This document shows positions 39,801 through 53,000 of a stretch of DNA of 64,000 nucleotides, in pieces. This DNA is from Phoronis australis (taxonomy: Eukaryota > Animalia > Phoronida): NCBI GenBank assembly GCA_002633005.1, contig NMRA01000029.1, positions 840,086-904,085 on the forward strand, written 5' to 3'. The translations under genes were made by a program, and so were the position numbers. Within the stretch, counting starts at the first letter, position 1; every line of letters starts with the position of its first letter. A model generated the notes under the pieces. The model made no database searches. It was given only the letters and a program-made list of their open reading frames with translations, and was not told where the DNA came from.

Positions 39801-41018
39801 GTTTGAGCAATAGGTTATACTCCTTTTTCAGTTTTGTCCACCCTGGCGTTTATATAACTCAAATCAAATCAAGTGCAATTTGAAAGTCACAAATCGAGTT
39901 ACATGGGAAAGCGTTACGATTTGTGTCACTGATCAAAGGTAAGTCGACGTCAACATAGTGATTTCGAAACCAAATAATTTATCGACGTAGATCGATCGGA
40001 TATCAGAAATCGATTCATGGAGTTGACGAACATAGTTTGGTTACGAGGTTTTAGAGTTTCATTGCTCTCTTACAGAATAGCCTAAAAATAGTTTAGATCG
40101 ACCTCACGTTAACGAGTGACAAGGAGACAAAAGGCCGCGACTGGCACTTCGTCTTTACAAGCAAGTGACGGATGAAAGACTAACCTAGTGATCTGTCATA
40201 AGGTAGGCTTAGGAGGTTTCATTCGGCGAGAGAAAATTGTCAGATAATGACACAACGTTTAATTAAACATATGAAGCTTACTCAATTTTACTACAGTTAC
40301 GTCATTCTGTATCTCACTAGCCCTAGTAGGGCATTAGATGTAATTCAGAGGTCGATATAATGGCGTGATATGTGCAATGGAAAGCACGTTAATTAGCGAA
40401 GCTTATTTCGTCAACTAGTTATTGTGTTCGTACCTGCTGAGGCGCGTTGGTATCTTCATTCGCCGAGTTGTGACGTTGTTACTACAACAATGCAATGAAC
40501 GGCGCCATTTTGCATTTTAAATTTTTTGTTCATCCATTCCCAGCATGCTTTGCGGGTTATTTGTTGTGACGGGGCTGCGGCGATACCGGATTTAATAGCT
40601 GACTGTGGGTTCTGATATGAAGACATTTTTGAAATTTTATTTTCCGACTCGTTTATTTGGTGGATTCACAAGTATTACATTCGTTAGCAGAGGCACGATA
40701 CTTGCAATGCACATTTTGGTGAAGAATCCTTCACGCGGGTTTACATGTAATCGATTCCGATAAAAATATTCCTTTTTTCATTCACAAAAATAAACTGGTT
40801 GACGAAGTTAATGTTGCCAACTGGGTTGTGTGTCTAAGCAGGCCAATTTCAATCGTCCTGCTCACTATATTTTTTTTTCTTTTTACGCAATTGGGTATAT
40901 AACTACGAGAGGTGGATTTATCATTCTTTCTCGCTCTTGTTAACTAAGAATCTCGTTTCCAGCCATGATCACGTTTTTTGCATTTTTTCAGATATAATTA
41001 CAGATATTACCGGGTGCC

Positions 41019-44000
41019 ATGACGACGGAAAAAGTGAAAGTTGCCGTGAGGGTGCGCCCTTTCATATCCTTTACCGTCAAAGCAGTGAGTCACACATGCA
41101 ATGTTTAATTTTTGATAGTTTATGAATTCAAACGAGTGTTTTTCAAAATGAAATGATTCTACGTTTAGCATTGTGAAATCTCATGTCATTAACAGTAGTA
41201 GTAGTAACAACTGAACGAAAAATATCTCAAACATTGACAATCAATGCCCGTTTTGGATATTGATTTGATGGCAAACTGTAGACTACTACATCAATTCACC
41301 ATTATATTCATGTTCATGGTCTTGATAAACTGAAAGTGAGAGAAGGAGGTCTTTCAGTGTTCCCCATCTATTGGCACATGTAGAAATTTGATGCATTTGT
41401 GTATGTTCGGACTTGTGTCCATCCTGGTTTCATGGTTTGGTTCTCCGCTTGGAAAGTGTTCAACGCTAGGGAAATACCCGGTTCAAATGGTAGCACCAAA
41501 AACGCCAGTGATGTGACGGTCACTTTTGTTGGCGCTTTGTGTTACCCCAAGACGTCTCAGGCATTCTCGTTGATATCTTTGTCAGTGTACCAAGCCGCCG
41601 CTTATTTCAAAGAACACACACGCAGGGGTAAGAAGCCTTCGTTAATCAACTTATGGCAGGGAATGGATATGTTTTGATATCAAATTTCCCGTAATAAAAG
41701 CGACTCAGGTGGGGAGAAATCAAACTGCTGGCGAAAATTACCCCGTTGCGTACACCTCGTTTGCTTGGCGGAAATGTTAGCGTTTATATCCAGAGAAACT
41801 GCTAGCGCTTTCGCCGCTCATGTGAACCTAGCATAAGGTGAAAACAGGGGCGCGTTCTGCAGACACACGAGTATGACTGAGATCACGTGCGTCGCGAAAA
41901 CTGGCGTGATCTCGTTTTCTTGCAAGAAACTTACTCTACGAAACCCAGATTTTTTATCGCATTGAACGTTTGATATATCAGTGTGTAAGGAATACGTGAC
42001 TAAAAGAACATTGTAATAGACGAATTAATGGATATCAACATTCATAGTTAAACTAGGCATGACGAAGGGAGATTTATGAACGTAGGGAATAATTTAGAAG
42101 ACTGCGTACGTGTTTTGGCATAGCTGTAATAGACTAGTTGCAGGCAAGGTACGTCAAATCCTCAGGTGTAGTTATTAAAATCCTTTGCCGCAACTTTAAA
42201 ATAAGAAGTAATTAGGAAGCGAGTTTACGTTAAAAAGACTTTGTGCGCCATGATCGAGAAGAAAGCAATTCCAGTTATACAGACATGGAAAACGAGCTTC
42301 TAAGCGACGCTTTACAACAACTATTTGTCTAAAAACTACAATCTTCTTATTTCGGTTTAAATCAAATTGACCGCGTTAATTAAATAACCACCATTGTCAT
42401 GCAATTCTTAACTATCATCACAGTCCACGAGAGATCAACAGCAACGCCGAGCTCGTAGTGTCAATGGACGGGCAGACGACAATTTTAGTCAACCCAAATG
42501 GCAAGAATGCAGAGCCGCACAAGTTCACTTTCGATCATTCTTATTGGTCACATGATGGGTTCAAAGAAGACAAAAACGGCTACAACCAATCGGAAACTTC
42601 GAAATACGCTGATCAGGTATCTTGCTTTTAAAGGTATCCTAAATCATCATCTGGCAATGAACGAACGTTTGATTTGAGTTACTCAGCAACTTTTTGACAC
42701 CTAACGTATTAGAGTACCTGTAAATTGCCTGTTTCAGTACAGGTAGTTAAAATTTGTTGCCTCTTGATATTGCGAGATCTCAAGTAATAACAGTGCAACT
42801 GAATATCTAACAAGACTTTCAAATGCAAATGACCATCTTTTAAAGGGCGTGGCCGGACCTCTTTGTTCATGATGCTCAAATCATTCAAACTATCTCTTTG
42901 CCGTCGCGACCAGTATTGACCTACTAACTTAAGGCAAATCTTTTTTTCATTCTAATGATTTTCCTGTGATTGTTATGTTTCTACATGAAAATATTATAAT
43001 TTCTCAATTTATATACATATATTTTCAAAAAGTGTGAATATTGAATATGGTGCCTGTACTTCAGTGCGTCAATGCAGACCTCGCTGGTTCTCTGCGTGCT
43101 TAGCCCTACCAGCACGCGTGCTGGAGCGGCTACCGCCCCACCTAGCGGCACGCAGGGAACCAGCGAGAATGCAGACCAGGCGTGCGTTCAGTAGAGGCTA
43201 GGACCTACGCTAGGACCTACGCTAGGACCTACGCTAGGACTTAGCTAAAACCTAGTCAAAGTCATGTGCTCTCATTTAAAATGCACGGCAATATCTCACG
43301 TAATCTCGCAAAGTCTTGCTTTTAGCGAGGTCCTAGCGTTACTGAACGGGAGGCAGAACTTGCTCTTGCCGTAAAGCCAGAGAGAATCCCTCGGTCCCCG
43401 TGGTGGTCAACTTTCCCTCCCTAGTTCTTGACTTCCGTAGCAATGTGTATGTTAATAGACCAGTCCTGAAATAGAACAGCACCATTCCCATTCTAAAACA
43501 TTACTTGCAATGCAACACTGCACATGGCCTAACTATTTGTATTTAGTGTACTTCTCATTGTCTAAAATCCTAATTAGTGTGTAATTCGTCATTATAATTA
43601 AAGTAGGGACCCTTGTGTTATTACATTTTGAGCAACGCTGACACCACGTAACTGGCAAAAGGGGAAATACCTGTCACTGTGCTGGGTGTATTATCTTGTT
43701 AACCAACACGAGCGACCCTGACACTTTGAAAAGAATGTCAATCTATTTTTACCTCCACGAAAGAGGAGAGTTCAATCCCCAGACGCGTCTATTGATAAGT
43801 AATTATTTGAGAAAAATATGTGATGAAAAGAATATACCACACGACAGGAATGGTTTCAAGCTTAAAATTCTACTTACTTTGACAGAAGGCGTATTTATAA
43901 CAACTTTAAAAACTACCATAACGAACATTTTAGACTAAATCCGGAACCCTCATTGCATGCATTTTCGTGTACACAGCAACGTTTCAGCACCTAACATGAA

Positions 44001-47000
44001 CCATCAACAGATAGCCAGGTAGATTAATTCCATTCAATCAAAACACCAATAGGCCCACGATGTCTATTAATCCATCATTGCGCTTGCCGTTTCAGAGAAA
44101 GGTCTTTAACGATCTTGGCAAAGGAATGCTCTCGAGTGCTTGGGAAGGCTACAACTGTTCCATCTTCGCTTACGGCCAAACGGGAAGTGGGAAATCTTAT
44201 TCTATAATGGGCTACGGTGCAAATAAAGGTAACGCTCACTTGGTGGATATTCTTGTGGACACGGAAGCCTGTTAACGTGGACACTGTTTTCTATAACGCT
44301 ATTCAGGGACGGATCGAGAATTTTGAGTTGAGGGGGGAGGCAGGGCAAAGTATTAGTCAGGGCTTTGCCCATCAGATATTCGCAACCTCGTACTGCCAAA
44401 TGGAATATGCAAGAATTTTAGGGTGGGAGGGGCATGGCGCCCTTGCCCAGCCCCCCTAAAAGCGCCACTGCTATTAATTTGACATTGGCTGCACATGATT
44501 GACCGGCTAAGACATCTAAGCGGTCTGTATTACGGACGTCATCATCGAGAACCAATGAAATGTCTGGTGTATTGAACCAACTGCAACCATTGTAAAAAGA
44601 CTTCGACAATGTTTTTGAAATATTTCCAGGAATAGTCCCACAATTGTGCGAGGGACTCTTTGAAGAGATAGCTAGGAACAAGAGGGGTGATGTCGAATAC
44701 CAGGTAGGGTGGCGCCCTTGTTGACAAGGAAATGTTAATATATGAATAAACTTTCGGAAACTTGTTTCATTACATATATAAATATTTATGTGACTAATTT
44801 TGTGAGAGGTCGATTCCCATTACATTTTTTCATTTAAATGGATATTTCCCTTTTTTCTCAACATCTGAGTTTCATAACATGAATTAAGTTACTCAATGAC
44901 GCAAAACATGTATCTGATCTTTTCATTTCACAATCATTCGAGACATTGACACGTAGCTGATATAAAAAGATAGTAAAAAGTCATTAATTATGGTGGTGGT
45001 GGTGTACGCTTGAGCTGCTCCTAACTAATCAAATTTAATATCTCGGTTTCTTTTCAAAATAAAAGCCAATATGTCATCATGGCAAGAGAAATTTTGAGGC
45101 CAACTTGTCAGAAATAACCTGTCCACTTTTTAACTTTTATATTAGACAGCGAGTAGGAAGCGAATGCAATTTTGAAATTAAAAAATGAAATGTCTCATTG
45201 TTGCATTATGTTCTTCTGATAATCATCGTGAGCCACATTTTTGCAGGTTACGTTCAGCATGTTGGAGATTTATAACGAGAATGTACGAGATTTACTTAGT
45301 AAGAAAGACGGCACGAGACTGAAAATTCGTGAAAATAAAGAACGCGGCTTCTATGGTAACCACCCTATCACTTGACTTTGTGTCAGTCTCAACTTTTATG
45401 TAGTGTGAATACTTTATTACTATGAGGCTATCGGTAGGTCGTTTGTGTCTAAAAAGTTGATGACTTCATTTCCGTTTAAGTGTGTAAGTAGTTGAAAAGG
45501 AAACGTAAGATTAAATTGTGTTCCATGTTTTTCAGACCTCTACGTCTCTTTACTAGAGTTACGTTGTGGACATACTCTTTGTGTTTTTTATATTTTCGTT
45601 GGCATTATTATGATTGCTATTATGAAATTACATTAATCAACATGTAAATTGCAAAGCGAGTTGGATTTCCGAACTTTGTATTTTAAATATAGTTTTTGTC
45701 CAAGTATTATACCAATATTTTTCTTTCCTGTAGCCGAAGGACTTAAAGTGAATCCTGTGGGCACATTTGAAGATGTCCTTGTGAATCTTCACGAAGGTGA
45801 ACGAAACAGAACGTTAGCAGCGACGAAGATGAACGAACACAGCAGCCGGGCGCACACGATTGTTACCTTACAGTTCGCGCAGAAATACGTTAAAGAAAAC
45901 ATGACAAAATACTCCTCAATCAATCTTGTTGATTTAGCAGGAAGGTATGCAATACGAGGCGTATTATTACCGTTTTCTTGACAAAACGAATTATGTTTTG
46001 TGAAGTAAAGTTGAAGTACCGCAACATGAAAAAGAAGTTTCATGAACAGCTCTAAAATGTTTGAAGTCATAATCTGTAAATGACTGCACTTAATTCACTG
46101 ACATCTGATTCAAGGTTTTCGAAAACGACTCGCTAAAAAATCTCGAGAAGGAAGCTAATGTGATCACGTGCTTCGCTTGTAATACATGGTGATATCTCGC
46201 GTGGTCGCGAGATTTTCACGTTTGCTGAACGTACGTTGAAATCCTTAGTCGTTTGACCCGTCTGGACCGGCGGAGGGAATCTAGTTCAACCAATGGCTAT
46301 TGAAATCTTTTGCTATTACAGTGAGCGGGCAGCACAGACCGGTGCTACTGGAGATCGATTTGAAGAGAGCAAAAATATTAACAAATCGTTAATGGTTCTT
46401 GGAACTGTCATTAAAGGTATGCAAGTGTGTGTATTTTGCACAGAGCTTGAGAGTAATTGTTGTTATAATTAACATACTTGGCTTATTCACATTCATGGGT
46501 AACAATTTTATCTCGAATCCAATGAATTTGAAAAGTAATTGAAGAAACATTAAAGGTGTTCTTTAACAGATTTTTGTTATTCTGGATGTATTAGACTATT
46601 TAGATTATTCTAGGAATTTTTAGCAACACATAAACACGATTTAAAATCTCAAACGCAGGTACTTCAAATGATACCTGAAGTGGGCTCTTCATGGCATGCT
46701 GTGTCACTGAAAGAAATACTGCAAACAATAACGTCCGCTCTAGTAGTGAACTTTAGCTGGTAACTGCGGTAGAAGTATGTATAGAAAGAAGGTCAAATTG
46801 CACGAGTGTTGTTCGTGAAGTAGACGACGATAGGCAAACAATGAGCTTAACATTTCATTAAATTTGTGCACTTTTGACTTCAACGTAGTCAGAGAAATGC
46901 TTTTAATATTTTGTAAAAACTACGTTTACATATTGTAGGAACTAAATTTACACTTTTAATGGGTATAGAGAATAAAGCAGAAGTTTTCGTTGGTCACAGC

Positions 47001-50000
47001 GAAATTTTCCGCGACTCCTGATAGTGAGTGTCGACCCAGGAAAAAAACATCCGGCAATTTGTGTAAGTCCCGGTTCCACGTGTCACAGATTGAAACCCGT
47101 CTTCACTATAATGAATAAAATCCTCATTGATGTACTTTTTGTTATTCTGCAGGGTTGTGTGATAAGGCAGCTGGTAAAAAGGGGACCATATGTAAGTATG
47201 ACTCTTTTTCAGCAGTAACAACTGATCCTCGTCAACTACGTAGGAAAAGCTTAAGCCACCCGTTGGCATTTTTCAAATATGATGATTAATGTTATCAAAT
47301 GCATTCACATTATCTACAAATGTGTACTTGCGTTTCCAATTTCTCGAACCACTTGAAATATTGTGTCAACCAAAGAACTTTTAAACACGATAAATGTTTA
47401 CACTACATTAGTCACAAATCATAAATTATGTTTAGTAGATCGTATAGGCTTCCTCTTTATGTTTTAGTACCATTCCGTGACTCCAAGTTGACCATGTTGC
47501 TGCAGAATGCTCTTGGCGGCAACAGCAAGACCATCATGATAGCCGCCATAAGTCCTGCAGCTGAGAACTACGACCAGACGCTTTCAACACTACGCTATGG
47601 TATGTAGATGAACCAGTCCAGAAAATTTACTTTATGTTCGTCATATGATAAAAGGTGCCTCTCAAGATCAATTTAAAGAGATGGAAAGGAAAATGCAAGT
47701 TGGCGAAATAAAGATGACTTATTATAATGACAAATAATGGTAAAGTATACAGTAGGAACAATAATACAAAAATAGACAATCTCTCGCATCAATGAAAAGT
47801 GACACAAGAGTTTTGCAAAACAGTTCATTTTCTATGTGCCGTGATCGTAGGTTCGAATGCGTACTCTTACACAACTTTTCTTAAGTAAATCCCAGAAGCT
47901 AGCATTGCGCTATCTGCATATTCGTAAAATCTCGTGATGGGTGGGATCATTTGTTTTTTTGTCCTAAACTGTGGGTTGGGATGCCCAGTACTGCCAACTA
48001 GCTCTTTATACTAAAGGTTTTCACGTTAATATCTATAACATTACCTTAAGACCTTACTGAACAGTACGATCCAGATTTTTCAAAGGACAGCAAATAACAA
48101 AACCCATTGCATAAACTAAAATACTCTTAAGTGAATAAATGTGATCTCAGTACTATTTCCAAAAGCCATTGTAAGTGCATCTTTCTTACACAGACCCAGT
48201 TGTGATTTCAAGAACATAGGTACGTGTACATGTTTTGTATTACCTTCTTCGTGTATAGAAGTCTCTGTTAGATATCAATATTCTTTGCTTTAGTTCTTGA
48301 TATTTTTGCGTTTCTAGCTGACCGGGCCAAGTCTATCGTTACAAAGGCTAAGGTGAACGAGTCGGAGACGGACAAGCTGATAAAAGATTTAATAGCAGAG
48401 AAAGAAAGACTGTTGAAAGAGCTAAGTGAAGCTAAAACTGGGACGAACAAAGGCGCGAAATGGATCAACACCGCCGGTAATACATTAACAAAGTTGGCAG
48501 CTGCTTTCATTGTCATAGTGCCTTCAAGCTGGAAAATCGCAGTTTCAGGAAAATATATGTAACTAAAGAATTGAGCGTCCAAGAGATTGAGCTGCCCATG
48601 GCAGTCTCAATTTTTCATCCATAACTTCCCCCTGTCGCAACAGTGTCTCACCCAGATGCCCTGGTCGACACAGTTATCATACCCACTAGCGGTCCTTACA
48701 GTATCCGAATCCTCCGTGTTGTCACAATTTATCACCTCTGGTCGACAAATTTCGAGGGTCCTGTTGGCACGAGGCAGGGCTTCCAATTTTGTGAGGGACC
48801 CTACGCTATAGCCTTTTAGCTTAATTGGTAATCTGTCTCTGGAAACGACAAGGTCGTACGCTCTGATAAAGTGAAGGAAATTCATACTTGTGTGTTGATG
48901 TTCGTTTTTCACTGTATGCATCAAAACTAGTAAGTTACAGTGAGACGACTTTATTGCAATCGAGAAATTTGCATAAGATTCTGCTTAGTTAAGCTGAGAA
49001 CCTAAAAATGTTGTTATGCATTAAAATATCGTGTAGCACAGTCCCCTTGTTTTATACATAAACCTAGATGCAATGATCTGCTTTCTGGGTTATTTGTTCT
49101 ATTTCATGGAATAAAGATTTTTGACTGACTGACGCAGAAATGCGTTCATGCGTTTTACCATCAACAATTATCATACATACTTTTTGCAGTTTATCCCCAT
49201 ACGTCATTTGTTTGTGTTTTGCAAAGTGTAATTTTGTTTTGGAAAGAAAGTCTCTAAATTATGTCGAGAATAATGCAACGAGTGAATGAACATAGTTTCG
49301 TTAAAAACAAACTAATTCTGACTTTATTTTTCAGAACTTGCATTATTGAAAGAAGAAAAAGAACGAGAAATAGCCAGACATAAAGAAGAAATCGCAAACA
49401 TGAACAAAACCTGGGAGATCAGACTTCAGGAAGCGAGAGCGGAAATGGAGGTGAGACGGTCGGGCTCAAGTTATGATGTGCGAATGTGAAAAGTTAAATT
49501 TTAAAATGAGAATCTTAATTAGGAAACCACGATTGCTAGATTTGTGCTGGCTTCCCACGTTCCATAAATTAAGACTCTCACAAGATACTTGCAGGGAGAA
49601 ATATTTGGTTTATAAAACAAACGTTTTAACTTACAGCTTATCACCTCGTCGACCAATGGTGTAGTGGCGGACGTTTTATTAGAGTAAGCGGGTAATGTCA
49701 GCTTATTTGCGGAACACTCGAATTTCACTTGCTGAATTTTGCGTTGTCTTGAGTAATTTCGTTTTTCTCGCTAGAAACTTGCTACAAGGAACGAACCCTT
49801 GTATATGGCAAATTTGATTTGTTTGAACCTCTGTTACTTCAAACACTTCTGCAATATTTCTTCTGTCTAAGTTAGTTGTTACAGCTATATGGTCATACAA
49901 AACCTATTGTATGTACACGACTTCCTGTTGGTTTGTGGAAGGAATTTTAGGGAAAAGTAGTTGATTGCCCTAATCCTGATTTTTGGTTACAGAAATCTAA

Positions 50001-53000
50001 AGCAGACGACATTAAGGAGTCTAAACAAAAGGGCAGCATATCTCATTTGTGGAACCTCAACGAAGATCCGTCATTGTGCGGCAAAATCATGCACTTCATA
50101 AAGGAAGAAGACGGTACCGTCATGTGAAATTTCTTTTCGAGCAACTTGTACCTTATGTCTTTGTAGTAGACTAGGTTTTATCCTGGCAAAAGTTGGATAC
50201 TAAACGTCTCTATACCACACGTTTTGCTTAGTTGAGGCTGCGTTCTGTAAACTCACTCGCGAGAAAAAGCAAGATCTTGCGAGATAAGCCATGCACAATA
50301 AGCGAAGCATGTTATCACATTAGCTTTAGTAGCAGGCGTCTACCGGATGAAACTTTGCCACGGTTGTTAATTGTTTTTAATATNTGTTTAATAGGTGAAA
50401 TCAAAGTTGGTAGCTCAAAAGCCGATCCACCAGCAAACGTGATCCTTAATGGTCCGAGCATTCACAAGAACCATGCTGTTATATACAGCCGAAAAGGCAT
50501 AGTTTACTTACAGCCCGACAAGGGAAAAGTTTTAGTAAATGGAACTGAGCTAACGCAAGAACAAAAGTTACGTCACCAGGACAGGTAACGTAGTAAAACG
50601 GATTTTTGACTATGCTTCGAACGAATAGTGGCGTGCATTTAGATTAAAAGCAGCATTTTCTTTAACTCAAGTAGGTTTATGCTGTTGTTTTGCATAATTG
50701 TTCAGTGAGGGAATGTGAAAAATGTGAAATGGGAGGTAGCACTAAACTTCTTTCTTAAGTCACTTTTCATGTAATGAACCCCAGTTCTAATGACCTAAAG
50801 TAAAAGGAAATGGAGATTCATTAAGGAATGCTTCGTTACAGAATTTTGTTTGGGTCCACCAGTCTATTTGTTTATTGTAATCCGAAGAAGGAACAGCAGA
50901 TGACACAAAACGGTCAGAAAATGATAACAGTCACCTACGAGTTTGCTCAGGCAGAGATCGCCAAACACTTGCTACCAGAAATGGAGGAAGGTACGGTACA
51001 TAGGCATTTAAAAAGGAAATGACTTTACTCAATAAAATTATACGCATGCGTGACTATTTCAATTTCTATTTTCGTATCTGGGAACATGAGTAGCAAAAAA
51101 GATCATAAAATGAAAACAGACTACTGGTTTATAGATATTTTTCGTAACGATCTCGTAAACGACAACTGCGAGTAGGCAATGTGTCTCATCGAAGGTGCGA
51201 CAGAATACGTTACAACTGTAGTCTGCGCGTTTTCTTATTGGTGCCTTCAGCTCCCTAGATTTCCATACTCTTGTAGACTATTGAATTAGCAAAGATTTCC
51301 TGACCTGGGATTTCCGAGAGAGACCCAAGATGGGATCATTCGGTAATAAAAGTCGTGACGGGCTTTCGGAAACTTTTATTGTCGTTCTTTTAGAGACTAA
51401 AAATTTCCCATAAGTGCCAAACATTCAAACCGTGCCGAGAAAGTCCCATTTGGGGCTTAATATTGACGAGCGTTTTTTCGGAAGTCCTCAGTACACTCTT
51501 TGAAGTGTGAAAAACAAAAAATGAAATGCGGTGGCTTCAATACATACTTTGTTTTTTTAAACTTTCATGCACGCTGAACACAGACTGTGTATATTACACT
51601 GGTAATAATCGCGACTGTGATCGATTATGCGCATATGCCTCAAAAAAGTTTCCGTGTGCAATTATAATTGGACCCGTCGTCTGTCATCCGCAGTCAGCTG
51701 GAGGCTATTAATTCAAGAAAGCCACCGGTTCAACAATATGACCCATGATGTAAGGACTCCGTGGACCAATTGTCAGTAAAATTGGACGTTGTTGATAATC
51801 TTTAGCTTTGCATCACGATTGCTAAAACTTATTTCATACACGTAATCAAGATTCTTATATTTCAAAAACTGTGCATCTATTTCAGAGGACCTGGTTATTA
51901 AACAGAAAGTGCTAGAAATACTGCCACTGGTTCAGGACGCCAACGGGATTGCGTTTGCGATGAACAAACACGCAGAATTCACTCTAATTCTCGTTCCTGG
52001 CATAGCTAGGGGGATAGAGGGCGCGCAAACGGAGATATTTGTGAAAGTTAAGAACTTAAACAATAACTGTACGTTCTTCTGGAACCGTGAGAAATTCCTC
52101 AACCGTCAATGTTATATGGATGAGTTATACCAAGACTATGAAGACACTGGAAGAGCAACGCCGCCAGATGTCTCTAAGGTACGTAATCGCGGAGTTCAAT
52201 TTAAACTCATTTCCCCCGACGAAGTACAGCAAACGAGGTTTTGATTATTTGAAAGTTTGATTGAAGACAGTTAGACAAATTTCTACTTGTACTGACTTTG
52301 AGGAATGTGGACAACATGCTTAATGCTATCAGTATTCCTATAATGATTAGTGATTAGTGTTTGAAAAAAAACTTTTCACTTTGCGAAATGCAGAAAGTAA
52401 AGGAGGTAAGATTAATTTCTTAAAAGACCACCTGATAATTTCAGAAAGTAAGTATTAAGGTGATCAAACAAATCGCTTAGAAGGCCATCAGAAACAGAAG
52501 TGGTTGTTTTTTTCCTGAAAAGTGAGTTCCAAGTACACCTTTTTGTAATTTAAACAAGAATCAGCATTTTTTCGTCTCACCCATAATTTCTTCAACAAGT
52601 AGGCTTGCGGAATATGAGGAAAGGGCCTATATTTTTTATATACAAGTATATATCAAACTGTGTTCATTTTTCGTACAGGAACAAGATCCCTTTTGGGAAC
52701 CGCCCGACACGGAAACTCTTATCGGCACCGCCCCAGTACCACTAGAGAGTCTTGCCTACATGTTAGGCTATGACGAAGTCGTGACACTTATTAGCTACGA
52801 GTCGGTCAAGGCTGGCTTCCTAAAGGTGTCGCTGGCTCCCTGTGATATCAACGGGGAAGAGACCGAGGATTTCGATATCGAGGATCCCGTAGATCTCGTA
52901 CGTAATCTAGGCTGCAAAACTCAGTGAGAATGGAAAACGTTAAAATTACATGTGCAAGTCTGAACAGACCCGTAATTTGGCCAATAGGGCTTAAGCCTCC

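Noticed and set aside
41019-41084. Standard GT-AG model for kinesin exon 1 ending at 41084
   Set aside because: It joins out of frame to the first downstream AG and breaks the RVRPFxxRE motif; the AT-AC model fits exactly.
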